The notes below the pieces were generated by a model. It searched no databases, had not been told where the DNA came from, and saw only the letters and a program-made list of their open reading frames with translations. Both the position numbers and the translations under genes were made by a program. From Dehalococcoidia bacterium (lineage in GTDB: Bacteria > Chloroflexota > Dehalococcoidia > Bin125): a stretch of 64,000 nt of DNA. Numbering within the stretch: position 1 is the first letter of the stretch; every line of letters starts with the position of its first letter. The stretch spans positions 928,001-992,000 of the forward strand of contig CAXXSR010000001.1 in the NCBI GenBank assembly GCA_963662615.2. The letters are read 5' to 3'. Shown here piece after piece: positions 29,204 through 38,710 of the stretch.

Positions 29204-29998
29204 CTAAACGAAGAGGTCCATGACACGGCGGTAGCTGCGGGCTTGCAGGAAGCCGTCAATCTTGGCGTCGTGGAACTGCGCGTCCAGGTTTTCGATCAGC
29301 GTGTCCTTGAAGTCCTCAATGTCCAGGCCGAGCGCGTTGGCGTCGTCACGGAGGCGCCGCAGCCCCAGGCTCACGACCGAGATCAGGAGCAGTTGGCTCT
29401 GCCAGATATAGGCCCGGCCCAGGGGGGAGAGCCGCCCGATCAGGCCGGGCAGGACCGTGTGAAGAAAGTTCACGTGGCGGACCTCGTCGCGCAGAATGAG
29501 GCGAAAGATGTCCTTGGCCAGCGGGTCCGTGTCGGGCAGCTCCAGCGATTTCTGCAAGAACAGGGCGGCAAAGTTCTCGCTGAAGAGCGTGGACGTGAGC
29601 CAGTTCTCCACTCGGTACAGCCCCCACGAGGCCATGGTGCCGAAACGGCTGATCATCTCGCGTTCCAGACGGCTCAGGCGGCCGCGACCGTTGCTGAGTC
29701 CCAGGTAGCGATCCAGCGCGTAGGTATGCCGGGCCTCGTCTTGACACTGCGCGGCCAGATAGAGGTTCAGGTTAGGGTCGCGCAGTTGGTGCGTCGCCTT
29801 GCTCATCATGATCTGGATCGTGTCCAGGCCCATCAGCTCCAGGTTGTAGAAGACGTTGAGCATCCGCAGCCAGGCCTCCCGCTTCGACGCGGGGATGGCC
29901 GGCTCCCGGCTCCAGTCAATGTCCTGGTCGGCGTTCCAGAGGCGGTCGCTCTGCTGGCGGAAGAGGTCGCGGTAGACGTTCCGCTGCTCCTCCGACAT
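29204..29998 (-). CDS. Ferritin-like diiron protein
   Basis: E...DEARH...E...DEVRH diiron ligand spacing; WNADQDIDW N-terminus. Confidence 0.8.
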   Translation of the reverse strand: MSEEQRNVYRDLFRQQSDRLWNADQDIDWSREPAIPASKREAWLRMLNVFYNLELMGLDTIQIMMSKATHQLRDPNLNLYLAAQCQDEARHTYALDRYLGLSNGRGRLSRLEREMISRFGTMASWGLYRVENWLTSTLFSENFAALFLQKSLELPDTDPLAKDIFRLILRDEVRHVNFLHTVLPGLIGRLSPLGRAYIWQSQLLLISVVSLGLRRLRDDANALGLDIEDFKDTLIENLDAQFHDAKIDGFLQARSYRRVMDLFV

Positions 29999-30103
29999 CC
30001 CCTGCGACACCGCTGCCGGCGATCGGCGCATCCGTCCCTCCAGGCCCGCGGGCGAACCGCTGCGCCGATTATCCCGGCGGCTCGGAGCCGGGCGGCGCCG
30101 CGA

Positions 30104-31699
30104 TCAAAAGCCCGCGACGGCGTTCTCCCTTCGCTGGTCCGCGACCACCTGCCAGGAACCGGCGTCGCGGCTGAGCAACATGGCGCAGCCAAGTTCGCGC
30201 GCCCACGGCCCCGGGACCACCAGCTCGTGGCCGCGACGCTCCAGCTCCGCCCGCGTGTCGCCGGGCAGCCGATCCTCCACGACGACGCGTCGGCCCTGGG
30301 TGTGCCCCCAGCGCGGCGCGTCCACGGCCGCGCAGACGTCAAGCCCGGAGTCCACCATGGCCGTGACGATCTGCAGGTTCGTCTGGACTTGGAAATCCGC
30401 CCCCGGGGTGCCGCCCGCGAGAAGGAGTTCGCCGTCGCGGAGCACCGTGTATGTGTTGAGCGTATGCACGGTCCGCTTCCCCGGCGCCACCACGTTGGGC
30501 AGGCTGGGGTCCGTGCTGAAGCAGCCCATGCGGTTGTTCAGGAGGACGCCGGTGCCGCCGACGACAACGCCGGATCCGAAGGAGCGGAAGACGCTCTGGA
30601 TGAACGTGACCGCCCGCCCGTCCCTATCCCCGACGACGAATTGGGTGGTGTTGATCGTTCGACTGTCGGCGCCGACGCGGTCCTGCGCCCTCTGCGGGTC
30701 CACCTCCCCGACCCGCCGGGCTGCGCGCTCAGGAGACAGCAGATGATCCCAATCGACCGTGACGACGCGCGGGTCGCCCGCCATTGCGGTGCGGTCGGCA
30801 AAGGCCAGCTTCTTGACCTCGATCATCGTGTGAATGGAATCGGCGCTGAGGTGACCCCAAGAGCACAAGTCGAGGGGATCGAGCATGAGCAGCATCTGCA
30901 GCAGGATGTGGCCCTGCGAGGCCGGCGGCTGCTCCGTGACGACATGGCCGCGGTATTGCGCTCGCAGCGGCTCCCCTTCTTCGGCGCGGTGCGCACGCAG
31001 GTCGTCGGCAGTGATCAGCCCGCCGGCCTGTTGCGCGAACGCCTGCGCGATCCGCTCCCCGGTCGGGCCCTGGTAGAAGGCCGCGCGCCCGTCCTCCGCG
31101 ATCGCCTCCAGGGTCCGCGCCAGGTCGAGTTGCACGAGCGGCTGCCCGGCCCGCGGCGGCTCACCGGAGGGCAGGAAGACGCAGGCCGACTCCGGGACCG
31201 AGGCCAGCCGGTCGCGATACTCGGCGAAGGCGGAGGCGAGGTCGGCGGAGACGGGAAAGCCGTCACGAGCCAGCTCCAGGGCGCGGCCGAAGAGCCGGCG
31301 CAGCGGCAACGTGGCCCCACGCTCGTGAAGGAGCGCCCAGCAGTCGGGCAGACCGGGGATGCAGGCGGCGCGGAGCCCGTCGTTGGGGATGCCGTCGGCA
31401 TAGCCGTCCAGATGGGCGCCGGAGCCCGCCGTGCCGCCCGCGTTATAGGCGACGACGGATCCATCCGGCTCCACGACCTGGAGGAAGCCGTCGCCGCCGA
31501 CCCCGTTCATGTCGGGCCGCACGACGCACAACACCGCCGACGCCGCCAGCGCCGCGTCGATGGCGTTGCCCCCGGCTTGCAGGATCTCCAGGGCGGCGCT
31601 CGTGGCGAGCGGATGGGCCGTGGCGGCGACGCCGTTGGCCGCCCGCAGGGCGGCGCGGCCCGGCGGCTGGACATCCCACGAACTGGTCATCGCTCGCAT
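30104..31699 (-). CDS. Gamma-glutamyltransferase family protein
   Basis: GGNAIDAA, GVGGDGF, nucleophile NTTQF, LNNRMGCF, PGKRTVHTL, GTPG. Confidence 0.92.
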   Translation of the reverse strand: MRAMTSSWDVQPPGRAALRAANGVAATAHPLATSAALEILQAGGNAIDAALAASAVLCVVRPDMNGVGGDGFLQVVEPDGSVVAYNAGGTAGSGAHLDGYADGIPNDGLRAACIPGLPDCWALLHERGATLPLRRLFGRALELARDGFPVSADLASAFAEYRDRLASVPESACVFLPSGEPPRAGQPLVQLDLARTLEAIAEDGRAAFYQGPTGERIAQAFAQQAGGLITADDLRAHRAEEGEPLRAQYRGHVVTEQPPASQGHILLQMLLMLDPLDLCSWGHLSADSIHTMIEVKKLAFADRTAMAGDPRVVTVDWDHLLSPERAARRVGEVDPQRAQDRVGADSRTINTTQFVVGDRDGRAVTFIQSVFRSFGSGVVVGGTGVLLNNRMGCFSTDPSLPNVVAPGKRTVHTLNTYTVLRDGELLLAGGTPGADFQVQTNLQIVTAMVDSGLDVCAAVDAPRWGHTQGRRVVVEDRLPGDTRAELERRGHELVVPGPWARELGCAMLLSRDAGSWQVVADQRRENAVAGF

Positions 31700-31811
31700 G
31701 CTGTCAGGGTGTGGCCGTCCGCGTCAAAGGAGGATGGGGGCCAGCCGGCAGGGGGAGAACGGCCGCCTGCCCCCGGCGCTCGTGAGGAGGAGGGGTATAC
31801 TTAATATTGAG

Positions 31812-32261
31812 ATGGCGGACGAAAACTTTACCCCCGACGGCTTCGATTTAGAGGAGACGCTGCGCGCGATCGATGAAGCGGAGGTGTTGGTGGTGGGCTT
31901 CGGCTGGCTTGCCGAGCGCCTGCTGGTTGACGCCCGTCGCGCCGGCTCGGCCGGTCCCTACGTGCGCGTCGTGGAGCCCGTGCGCACGCCCCAGGAGCGC
32001 ATCCGCCAGCTGCGCGAGCTGCGCCCGGAGTTCAAGGATCCCGAGTCCTTCGTCTTCTTTCCCTGGTCGGGCCGGGTGGAATCGTTCGTGAACGCCAAGC
32101 TCTTCGAGCGCATTCTGAGGCGCTGCAGCGGGGACGAGCGGGCGGAGAAGGATACTCGCCGCGCCCTGGAACAGCTCCTCGCCCTGGACCGCGAAGACCT
32201 GCGCCAAGCCATCGCCGGGGGAGAGAAATACCACACGCTCTACGAGCATGGCGAAGGCTAA
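31812..32261 (+). CDS. Conserved hypothetical protein
   Basis: TATACT upstream; ERLLVDAR...GPYVRVV...RPEFKDPESFVFFPW...YHTLYE. Confidence 0.75.
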   Translation: MADENFTPDGFDLEETLRAIDEAEVLVVGFGWLAERLLVDARRAGSAGPYVRVVEPVRTPQERIRQLRELRPEFKDPESFVFFPWSGRVESFVNAKLFERILRRCSGDERAEKDTRRALEQLLALDREDLRQAIAGGEKYHTLYEHGEG

Positions 32262-32457
32262 GCGAAGCACGAAAACCAAAGCGCTCAGCCTTTTGGCCGC
32301 CTCCGCTTGCAACGCGGAAGGGCCGTTATATAAACTCACCCCGGTTAGGGCGGGGGTGAAGAGGCGAGGCGACCCCCATGGGTGACGCCGAAAGGCTCGG
32401 CGCACGGAAAGGAGTCCCGCGCTTTTGGTACACAGATCGGCATTGGGGGGCGTGTCT

Positions 32458-32616
32458 ATGCGCACGCTGCGAAGAAACTGTACCCATCATTGGCAGGTCG
32501 ATCGTCCTGATTCCCAGTACTCCGCAGGCACCTGCGCCAAGTGCGGGATGATGAAGAAGTTCCTCAACTACGGCGAGCAATTGCGGATGCCGTTTGGGCG
32601 GCGGCGGAGCGCTTAG
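32458..32616 (+). CDS. Small CxHHW...CxxC Zn-binding protein
   Basis: CTHHWQVDRPDSQYSAGTCAKCGMMKKFLN; paralog at 51311-51586; own promoter and terminator. Confidence 0.72.
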   Translation: MRTLRRNCTHHWQVDRPDSQYSAGTCAKCGMMKKFLNYGEQLRMPFGRRRSA

Positions 32617-32687
32617 GCCATTCGGCCGGGCTGATCGACCAGCAGCGCCGGCTCCGCTCCGGAGCCGGGAACTGCTACACCAGGGGG

Positions 32688-32716
32688 GAAGGCGGCCGAC
32701 TCTCGGCCGCCTTTTC
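32688..32716 (+). terminator. Intrinsic terminator
   Basis: AAGGCGGCCGA-CTC-TCGGCCGCCTT followed by a T-rich tail. Confidence 0.75.
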
Positions 32717-32782
32717 GTTGTTCAACGGTTTCGTAAAGGGTGCGTGATGTTGCCGCCCGGTGTTCGCCGCTGCGGGAGCAAC

Positions 32783-32850
32783 GGCTCAAGGCGCGGGCTC
32801 AGGGCGCAGGGCTCAAGGCAGTGGCTCAAGGCACCGGTTCAAGGCAGTGG
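32783..32850. repeat. 13-14 bp tandem repeat x5 containing a stop codon
   Basis: GGCTCAAGGCxxx units; the last unit holds the TCA stop of 32839..33672. Confidence 0.8.
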
Positions 32851-33672
32851 CGGCGCCTCCACGACCTCAATCCGAAGCGCGATAATCTCCTCATGCTCCC
32901 GCGCCAGCAGTTGGAACGCCGCCGGGCTCAGTTCCAACTCCGTGCGGAAGGCGCCGGCGCCGCCGACGACGACGCGGGTCGCCGTGCCGATCAGGGCGGC
33001 GGTGTCTTCCTCACTCAGTTGCGGTCCGCCCGGGAGGCGTGTGAGTTCCAGCGTGGTGCCCGCGGCCCAGACGCTCGACAGCGCGAAGGTCGCGTCGGCG
33101 GGGTCGTAGCCGAGGCCGGGGGCGACCGTGCGGTTGGGGAGGCCCGCCGGGATGGGACGGGCCGCCCCGCGCTCCACGACCACGGGCGCGCCGCCCAGAT
33201 CGGCGGAGGTGATGATGGTGGGCCGGTCTGGTTGCGCGGGCACCGGGTCAGGCGCGGCTTCGGCCTCGCTCGCGGTGGGCGCCACGTCGGCCGGGGCGGA
33301 CCGCTCCACATCGATCGGCGCCGCGGCCGGGACGCTGTCCTCGACCGCCGCGGCGGCGGTCGCCGGCGCTTGCGGCGCGGCTGCGACCGGCGCCGAGGGA
33401 GTGGGCGCCGCGGCCGGTGCCGCCTCGTCGTCCACCAGCGCATCGACGCCGAAGAAGACGCCGACGCCAAGGCCGGCCAGGGCCAGCATCGGCAGGAGCA
33501 GTCGCAGGAGCGCTCCCCCGTTCAGTTGCGGCCGTCGCCGGCGACGACGATCGCCGGGAAGGCGCAGCGGCCGTCGGGGGTTGTAGGGGAGGTCGTTGGC
33601 ACCGCGAATCCGCGTGGTCGCGCCGGGAAGCTCGCGAAAGCTGCGACGACTGAAACGCATGCCATCCGCCAT
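32839..33672 (-). CDS. Hypothetical single-pass membrane protein
   Basis: Arg-rich N-terminus, TM LLLPMLALAGLGVGVFFGV, Ala/Pro linker, C-terminal domain. Confidence 0.65.
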   Translation of the reverse strand: MADGMRFSRRSFRELPGATTRIRGANDLPYNPRRPLRLPGDRRRRRRPQLNGGALLRLLLPMLALAGLGVGVFFGVDALVDDEAAPAAAPTPSAPVAAAPQAPATAAAAVEDSVPAAAPIDVERSAPADVAPTASEAEAAPDPVPAQPDRPTIITSADLGGAPVVVERGAARPIPAGLPNRTVAPGLGYDPADATFALSSVWAAGTTLELTRLPGGPQLSEEDTAALIGTATRVVVGGAGAFRTELELSPAAFQLLAREHEEIIALRIEVVEAPPLP

Positions 33673-33844
33673 AGGCCGATACTACGCCCCGCGATCACGT
33701 TGTCAAAGAGGGCGTGTTGTCAAAGCGAGGCGCCGGCGGATACCAGCAGGACATGGTCCAGACCAGGGCGAGCGAGCGATGGTAGCGGCCTCGTATGGTG
33801 GTGATGCGCAGCGGGTGTCTGAGCCCAGCGAAAGGATGCGAGCC

Positions 33845-34264
33845 ATGCCCGACACGCCCGAGTCCCCCATCCGGGGGCGCGCGCTGGATCACGTCGTCCT
33901 GCGCGTCCGCGATCTTGAGCGCAGCCTGGGCTTCTATCGCGACGTGTTGCATTTGACGGTGGAAGGGCAGGAAGCGCACAGGGCCGGGAAGAAGCCGTTC
34001 GTCAGCGTCCGCGCGGGCACGTCGCTGATCGATCTGATCCCCGATCCCGCCGCGACCGCTGCCGCCGCAGGGATGGACCATCTGTGTCTCGAGATCGCCA
34101 CGGACGATCTCTCCGCGGCACGGCGCTGGCTTGAGGCGAAGGGCATTGCCGTTGACGATGGTCCCGTGCGGCGAGACGGTGCGCGCGGTTGGGGCATGAG
34201 CCTCTACGTTCGTGATCCGGACGGCTACGCCTTGGAGCTGAAGCGATATGACGAGACGGCCTGA
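33845..34264 (+). CDS. VOC/glyoxalase family protein
   Basis: LDHVVLRVRDLERSLGFY, DHLCL, YVRDPDGYALEL. Confidence 0.9.
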   Translation: MPDTPESPIRGRALDHVVLRVRDLERSLGFYRDVLHLTVEGQEAHRAGKKPFVSVRAGTSLIDLIPDPAATAAAAGMDHLCLEIATDDLSAARRWLEAKGIAVDDGPVRRDGARGWGMSLYVRDPDGYALELKRYDETA

Positions 34265-34356
34265 GCAGGGCCGGCGCGCGCTTGGACCAATCCGGGCCGC
34301 ACAGTACGATGCGCGGAAACGTGGCCGACATGCGGACGGGACGATCGCGAGTTGCC

Positions 34357-35514
34357 ATGAACTATGACGAAGAGGCCATTGCCGCCCACCGCAAGTGGCG
34401 GGGCAAGGTTTCCTATGGCAGCAAGGTCACGGTCCGGGATCACAAGGACTTGAGCGTAGTTTACACGCCCGGTGTGGCCGCGCCTTGCCGGGAGATCCAG
34501 GTGCATCCCGAGCTGGCGCGAGAGTTCACGGGCATCGCCAATCTTGTCGCGGTGATCACGGACGGGAGTGCGGTCCTGGGGCTGGGCGACATTGGCCCCC
34601 AGGCGGCGCTGCCAGTCATGGAAGGCAAGTGCATCCTCTTCAAAGAGTTCGCCGGCATTGACGCGGTGCCTATTGCGCTCGACGTGCACAGCAGCGACGA
34701 GATCGTGGCGACGGTGGCGGCGCTGGCGCCCTCCTTCGGGGGGATCAACCTGGAGGACATCGCCGGGCCCAAGTGCTTCGAGATCGAGGCGCGCCTGCGC
34801 GACAGGCTCACGATCCCGGTCATGCATGACGACCAACACGGGACCGCCGTGGTGGTGCTGGCCGGCGTCATCAATGCGATCAAGGTGACCAAGCGGGAGC
34901 CGCGCAACACCCGCACGGTAATCCTGGGCGCGGGCGCCGGCGGCATCGCCGTGGCGAAGCTGCTGCGGGCCTACGGCGTGGGGGAGATCGCAGTGCTGGA
35001 CAGCAAGGGCCTCCTCACCGCCGACCGCGACGCTCTCAACCCCTACAAGCGAGAGATTGCCGCTGCGGACGGCTACACCCGCAATCGGGATGGCAGCATC
35101 CCCCAGCTCGCCCAAGTGATTCGCGGGGCAGACCTCTTCTTGGGCCTGAGTGGTCCCGGCCTGGTCAGCGCGGCGGAGGTCGCTTCCATGAACCGGGAGG
35201 CGCTGGTCTTCGCCATGGCGAATCCGGACCCAGAGATCGAGCCGGACGCCGCCGCCGAGGCCGGCGCCGCCATCGTCGCCACGGGCCGGTCGGACTACCC
35301 CAATCAGATCAACAACGCCCTGGGCTTCCCGGGCATCTTTCGGGGGCTGCTGGACGGCGAGATCGCCAAGGTGGAGGAGCCGCTCAAACTGGCCGCGGCG
35401 GCAGCCATTGCCGAGTCCGTGACGGAACCGACGCCGGGGAGGATCGTGCCCAGCATCTTTGAGCCGGGACTGGCCAACGCCGTCGCGCAGGCGGTCATGC
35501 GCTCGGCGGGCTAG
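34357..35514 (+). CDS. NAD(P)-dependent malic enzyme
   Basis: YTPGVAAPC, TDGSAVLGLGDIG, EGKCILFK, NLEDI, HDDQHGTA, GRSDYPNQINN. Confidence 0.95.
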   Translation: MNYDEEAIAAHRKWRGKVSYGSKVTVRDHKDLSVVYTPGVAAPCREIQVHPELAREFTGIANLVAVITDGSAVLGLGDIGPQAALPVMEGKCILFKEFAGIDAVPIALDVHSSDEIVATVAALAPSFGGINLEDIAGPKCFEIEARLRDRLTIPVMHDDQHGTAVVVLAGVINAIKVTKREPRNTRTVILGAGAGGIAVAKLLRAYGVGEIAVLDSKGLLTADRDALNPYKREIAAADGYTRNRDGSIPQLAQVIRGADLFLGLSGPGLVSAAEVASMNREALVFAMANPDPEIEPDAAAEAGAAIVATGRSDYPNQINNALGFPGIFRGLLDGEIAKVEEPLKLAAAAAIAESVTEPTPGRIVPSIFEPGLANAVAQAVMRSAG

Positions 35515-35543
35515 CGCCCGGAAGTCTCGCTCAGGACCGCGCC

Positions 35544-35599
35544 GGCTGGACGAAGGGCTAGGCTGGACGAAGGGCTAGGCTGAACGAAGGGCTAGGCTG
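35544..35599. repeat. 17-bp tandem repeat x3 containing a stop codon
   Basis: GGCTGGACGAAGGGCTA x2 plus GGCTGAACGAAGGGCTA; last CTA is the stop of 35592..35807. Confidence 0.85.
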
Positions 35600-35807
35600 C
35601 AGCCACCTCGGTGACGCGCCAGTGGCCGCCGTCGCGGGACAGCTGCACCGAGGCGCGGAGGCCGTTCTTCCCCAGGAGCCAGACGACCGCACAGGGGCCG
35701 TTCAGTTCCACTGCCTCCACCACGGGCGAGGGGACTCCCGCCTGCCCAAGCGATTGCATCACGGCCGTCACCCGCGCAGAGTCGCGGTCCGCGTCGCCAA
35801 GGCTCAT
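35592..35807 (-). CDS. Small hypothetical protein (71 aa)
   Basis: NTF2-like end ...SRDGGHWRVTEV; start uncertain. Confidence 0.45.
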   Translation of the reverse strand: MSLGDADRDSARVTAVMQSLGQAGVPSPVVEAVELNGPCAVVWLLGKNGLRASVQLSRDGGHWRVTEVAAA

Positions 35808-35933
35808 GCTCGCGCCGCCGTTCGCCTGCTCGCTCAGGGAGAGCGTGGCAGGGACTGGGGCGGACTCCTATCAGGGAATGGCCCATCAGCGGGTGCGAGG
35901 CGCCCCGATTCCGGCGCGAGGGTGAGGGGCGTC

Positions 35934-36006
35934 GGAGGCGCCTCATGGAGTCGCCTCATGGAGTCGCCTCATGAAGTCGTCTCATGGAGGCGTCTCATGG
36001 AGGCGG
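35934..36006. repeat. 13-bp tandem repeat x5.5 containing a stop codon
   Basis: GGAG(G/T)CG(C/T)CTCAT units; TCA at 35995 is the stop of the substrate-binding protein gene. Confidence 0.85.
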
Positions 36007-37857
36007 TGGCTGGCGCCAGGCGTCCTCGTAGCGGTGGCCGTCCCAACCGAAGCCGAAACGGGGCAGGTGCACATGGGGCGGATGGAGCGTCCGCTGGATG
36101 CCATGGCCGACGTTGACGACCCACGACGGCCGCTCCAGCAACACCGGCTCCACTGAGTCGCGGAAGATGCGCCGCCGCTCCCTGGCATCCTGCGCCCGCC
36201 GCATCCGCTCCAGGGCGGCATCGACGCCCGGATGGGCAAAGCCGCCCCAGTTGTCGGCGCCGTCGCTGTGCACCGTCCGCAGCAGGTGCGCGGTGGGATC
36301 GGGGTCCGTGATGGCGTCGCCCCAGCCCACGAAGACGCTCACCGTTCCCCGTCGCAAGCCCTCCACGATGTCGGCGTAGGCGGCCGTCTCCGTCCTGACG
36401 TCTATCCCCAGCCGGGCCCCCAACGTGGCCTCCAGCTCCGCGTCCACGCCGGGGTAGGTGGCGGCGAAGGTCGCCGGCAGGTGCAGCGTCAGCGGCCCTT
36501 CGAATTGCGCCGCCGCTACGAGATCGCGAATCGTCTTGCGCTGCGCGTCAGAGAGCCGTGCGCTATAGCCCGGTTGCTGCAGCAGTTCCGGCTCCGCCAT
36601 GGCCCAGCCGGTGAACCAGGGGACGGCGCCGCTCAGCCGACCGTGCGAACCGTATGCCCGCCCCATGAGTGCGTGTCGGTCCAGCGCCAAGTGCAGGGCC
36701 CGCGCCAGGCGGGTGTCCTGGAGCGGATTGGCCGGCCCCCGGCGAAAGCTCATTGCCATCTGAATGCCGAACGGCAGCGGCCGTTCAGCGACGCGGTGGT
36801 CCGGCAAGTCGGCCAGCACGGGCTGGACGGCGCGGGGATCGCCGGGGCTCCACAGATCGAGTCGTCCCTCGCGGTAGGCGGCTTCTTGCTCGGCGGCGCT
36901 GACGAGGTGCACCACGGTCACGCTGTCCAGATAGGGTCGCTGCGCACGGAAGTAGGACTGATTGCGCTGGAAGCTGATCAGTCGGCCCGGCCTGAAGCTG
37001 CCGACGCGGAAGGGGCCGCTGCCGGTGTAGTAGCGGCGATCGAGCGGATCATCCCGCAAGCGCTCACCGTAGATTCGCCATACCTCCGGCGCCTGGATGA
37101 AGGCCCAGGGACCCGCATGCGTCACCGTTGGGTAGAGGGCGTTGGGGCCATCCGTGCGCAGGACGATCGTCTCGGCGTCCACTACCTGCAGCGACGCCGT
37201 CTCTGCGTAGAGGCTCTGGCGGAGGAAGAGCGGATCGGCCGCGCCGCTGGCGTCAACAGCGGCGATCTGGCGTTCAATGTTCGCGCGCACATCGTCGGCC
37301 GTGAGGGAGCGGGCGCCGGTCAGGGGATGATCCCACCAGCGCACGCTTGGTCGCAGGACGAAGACGTACGTTTCCTCGTCGGGCACCTCCGGAAGGGCAG
37401 CGAGATCGCCCTCCAATTCGCCGCTGTCGATGTCTGCGTAGCGGAGGAGCTTGCTCTGCTGCAGCGCGGAGAAGAGTTGCGTGCTGACTAAGCGCGATCG
37501 ATGGATGTCGAAGAAGTCCAGCTCCGACAACGAGGCCGCCAACTGCAGGGTGCCGCCGGGCTGCGGCGGCCCCGTTGGCGGCGGCCCATCCGCGAAGGAC
37601 GGCGGCGGGGCGGGATCGGACGCCTGCGCCGGCGGCGCTCGCTCCGGCCTCAGGGCGGCGCCGGTCCCGGCGGGCGGCATCTCGCCGACGCCGTCGTCGC
37701 CATTGGTGGCGTCGCCATCGGCGTCGTCGTCATCGCCGCCGCAGCCCGCCAGCGCCAGCGCCGCGACGCCAACGCCCGCCCGCAGCGACGCGGCCAGCAG
37801 CGCGCGTCGCGACAGGCGGCGTCGGGCGAGCCCGGGTCGCGTTGCGTGGGCGCGCAC
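35995..37857 (-). CDS. ABC transporter substrate-binding protein (family 5), Tat lipoprotein
   Basis: LSRRALL...LAGC; PQPGGTL; GSGPF; PYLDSV; no transporter genes adjacent. Confidence 0.88.
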   Translation of the reverse strand: MRAHATRPGLARRRLSRRALLAASLRAGVGVAALALAGCGGDDDDADGDATNGDDGVGEMPPAGTGAALRPERAPPAQASDPAPPPSFADGPPPTGPPQPGGTLQLAASLSELDFFDIHRSRLVSTQLFSALQQSKLLRYADIDSGELEGDLAALPEVPDEETYVFVLRPSVRWWDHPLTGARSLTADDVRANIERQIAAVDASGAADPLFLRQSLYAETASLQVVDAETIVLRTDGPNALYPTVTHAGPWAFIQAPEVWRIYGERLRDDPLDRRYYTGSGPFRVGSFRPGRLISFQRNQSYFRAQRPYLDSVTVVHLVSAAEQEAAYREGRLDLWSPGDPRAVQPVLADLPDHRVAERPLPFGIQMAMSFRRGPANPLQDTRLARALHLALDRHALMGRAYGSHGRLSGAVPWFTGWAMAEPELLQQPGYSARLSDAQRKTIRDLVAAAQFEGPLTLHLPATFAATYPGVDAELEATLGARLGIDVRTETAAYADIVEGLRRGTVSVFVGWGDAITDPDPTAHLLRTVHSDGADNWGGFAHPGVDAALERMRRAQDARERRRIFRDSVEPVLLERPSWVVNVGHGIQRTLHPPHVHLPRFGFGWDGHRYEDAWRQPPPP

Positions 37858-37972
37858 GTCCCTCCCTCTTGCGCTTAGCGTCTCCGATGACGGAAGTTCT
37901 CGCCAGGCGCTCCCGGGCCCGGCGCCGTCAGCCCTGGTTTGCCGGCAGGGCGGCGTTCTCTAAGGTAGCCCC

Positions 37973-38701
37973 GTGCCCATGCCCGCCCCGTCCGGCGCCG
38001 TGTTGGGGAAGCTCTCGCTGACGGCCCTGCGGCGTTCGCTTCCTGCCCGCGCGCGCCTGCGCCGGCACTGGCTTGGGTTTCTCTGGACGGGGCTGCTCCT
38101 TGGTGGCGTGGCGATGGCCGTCTGGGCCTCGGTGGACGACCGCTTTCCCGCCGACGTCACGGTGGGCCGCTGGCTTCAGGACCATGATGTCGGCGGCCAG
38201 GAGCTGATCGACTTCCTGCGCGACGTGGGCGCCACTACCCCGGCGCTCGTGACCGTCCTGGTGATGGCGGCGACCCTGGCCGCGCTCAAGCGTCCGCGCA
38301 TGGCCGTGGTCGCGGCGGCCTTCGCGCTCGGCTTCGTGCTCCAGTGGCTGTTGAAGGAGTTGGTCGACCGGCCGCGCCCCGCCATGGATCTCTTGGAGCA
38401 TCGCACGACGTTCGGCTCCAGCAGCTTTCCCAGCGGCCACGCCATGAGCAGCGTGATCGCGGCGGGGCTGGTGCTCTATCTCTCGTTGCGCATCGCCGCT
38501 CCGCTGTGGCTGCGCGCGGGCGTGGCCGTGTGGACGCTGGGCGTGGGGCTGCTCAACCCCTGGGTGTCGGTGACGTCCGGCGTGCACTGGCCGTCCGACT
38601 CCCTGGGCGGCGTGGTGTGGGGATTGGTGGTGATCATTCCGGGCATCGTGCTGCTGGAACGAGTCGCCGCCGCCGACGCTCGCGCCAGAGCTGGTCGCTA
38701 G
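37973..38701 (+). CDS. PAP2-family phosphatase
   Basis: KELVDRPRP, SFPSGH, GVHWPSD (the usual SR of motif 3 is replaced). Confidence 0.85.
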   Translation: MPMPAPSGAVLGKLSLTALRRSLPARARLRRHWLGFLWTGLLLGGVAMAVWASVDDRFPADVTVGRWLQDHDVGGQELIDFLRDVGATTPALVTVLVMAATLAALKRPRMAVVAAAFALGFVLQWLLKELVDRPRPAMDLLEHRTTFGSSSFPSGHAMSSVIAAGLVLYLSLRIAAPLWLRAGVAVWTLGVGLLNPWVSVTSGVHWPSDSLGGVVWGLVVIIPGIVLLERVAAADARARAGR

Positions 38702-38710
38702 AGCCGCACG

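Noticed and set aside
28778-31804. Very long antisense ORFs (also 4936-7305 and 59948-61402)
   Set aside because: Shadows of well-supported genes on the opposite strand, expected at high GC
35544-36006. Short repeat clusters as possible CRISPR arrays (also 32783, 61841)
   Set aside because: Units are contiguous 13-17 bp with no unique spacers, and no cas genes are present
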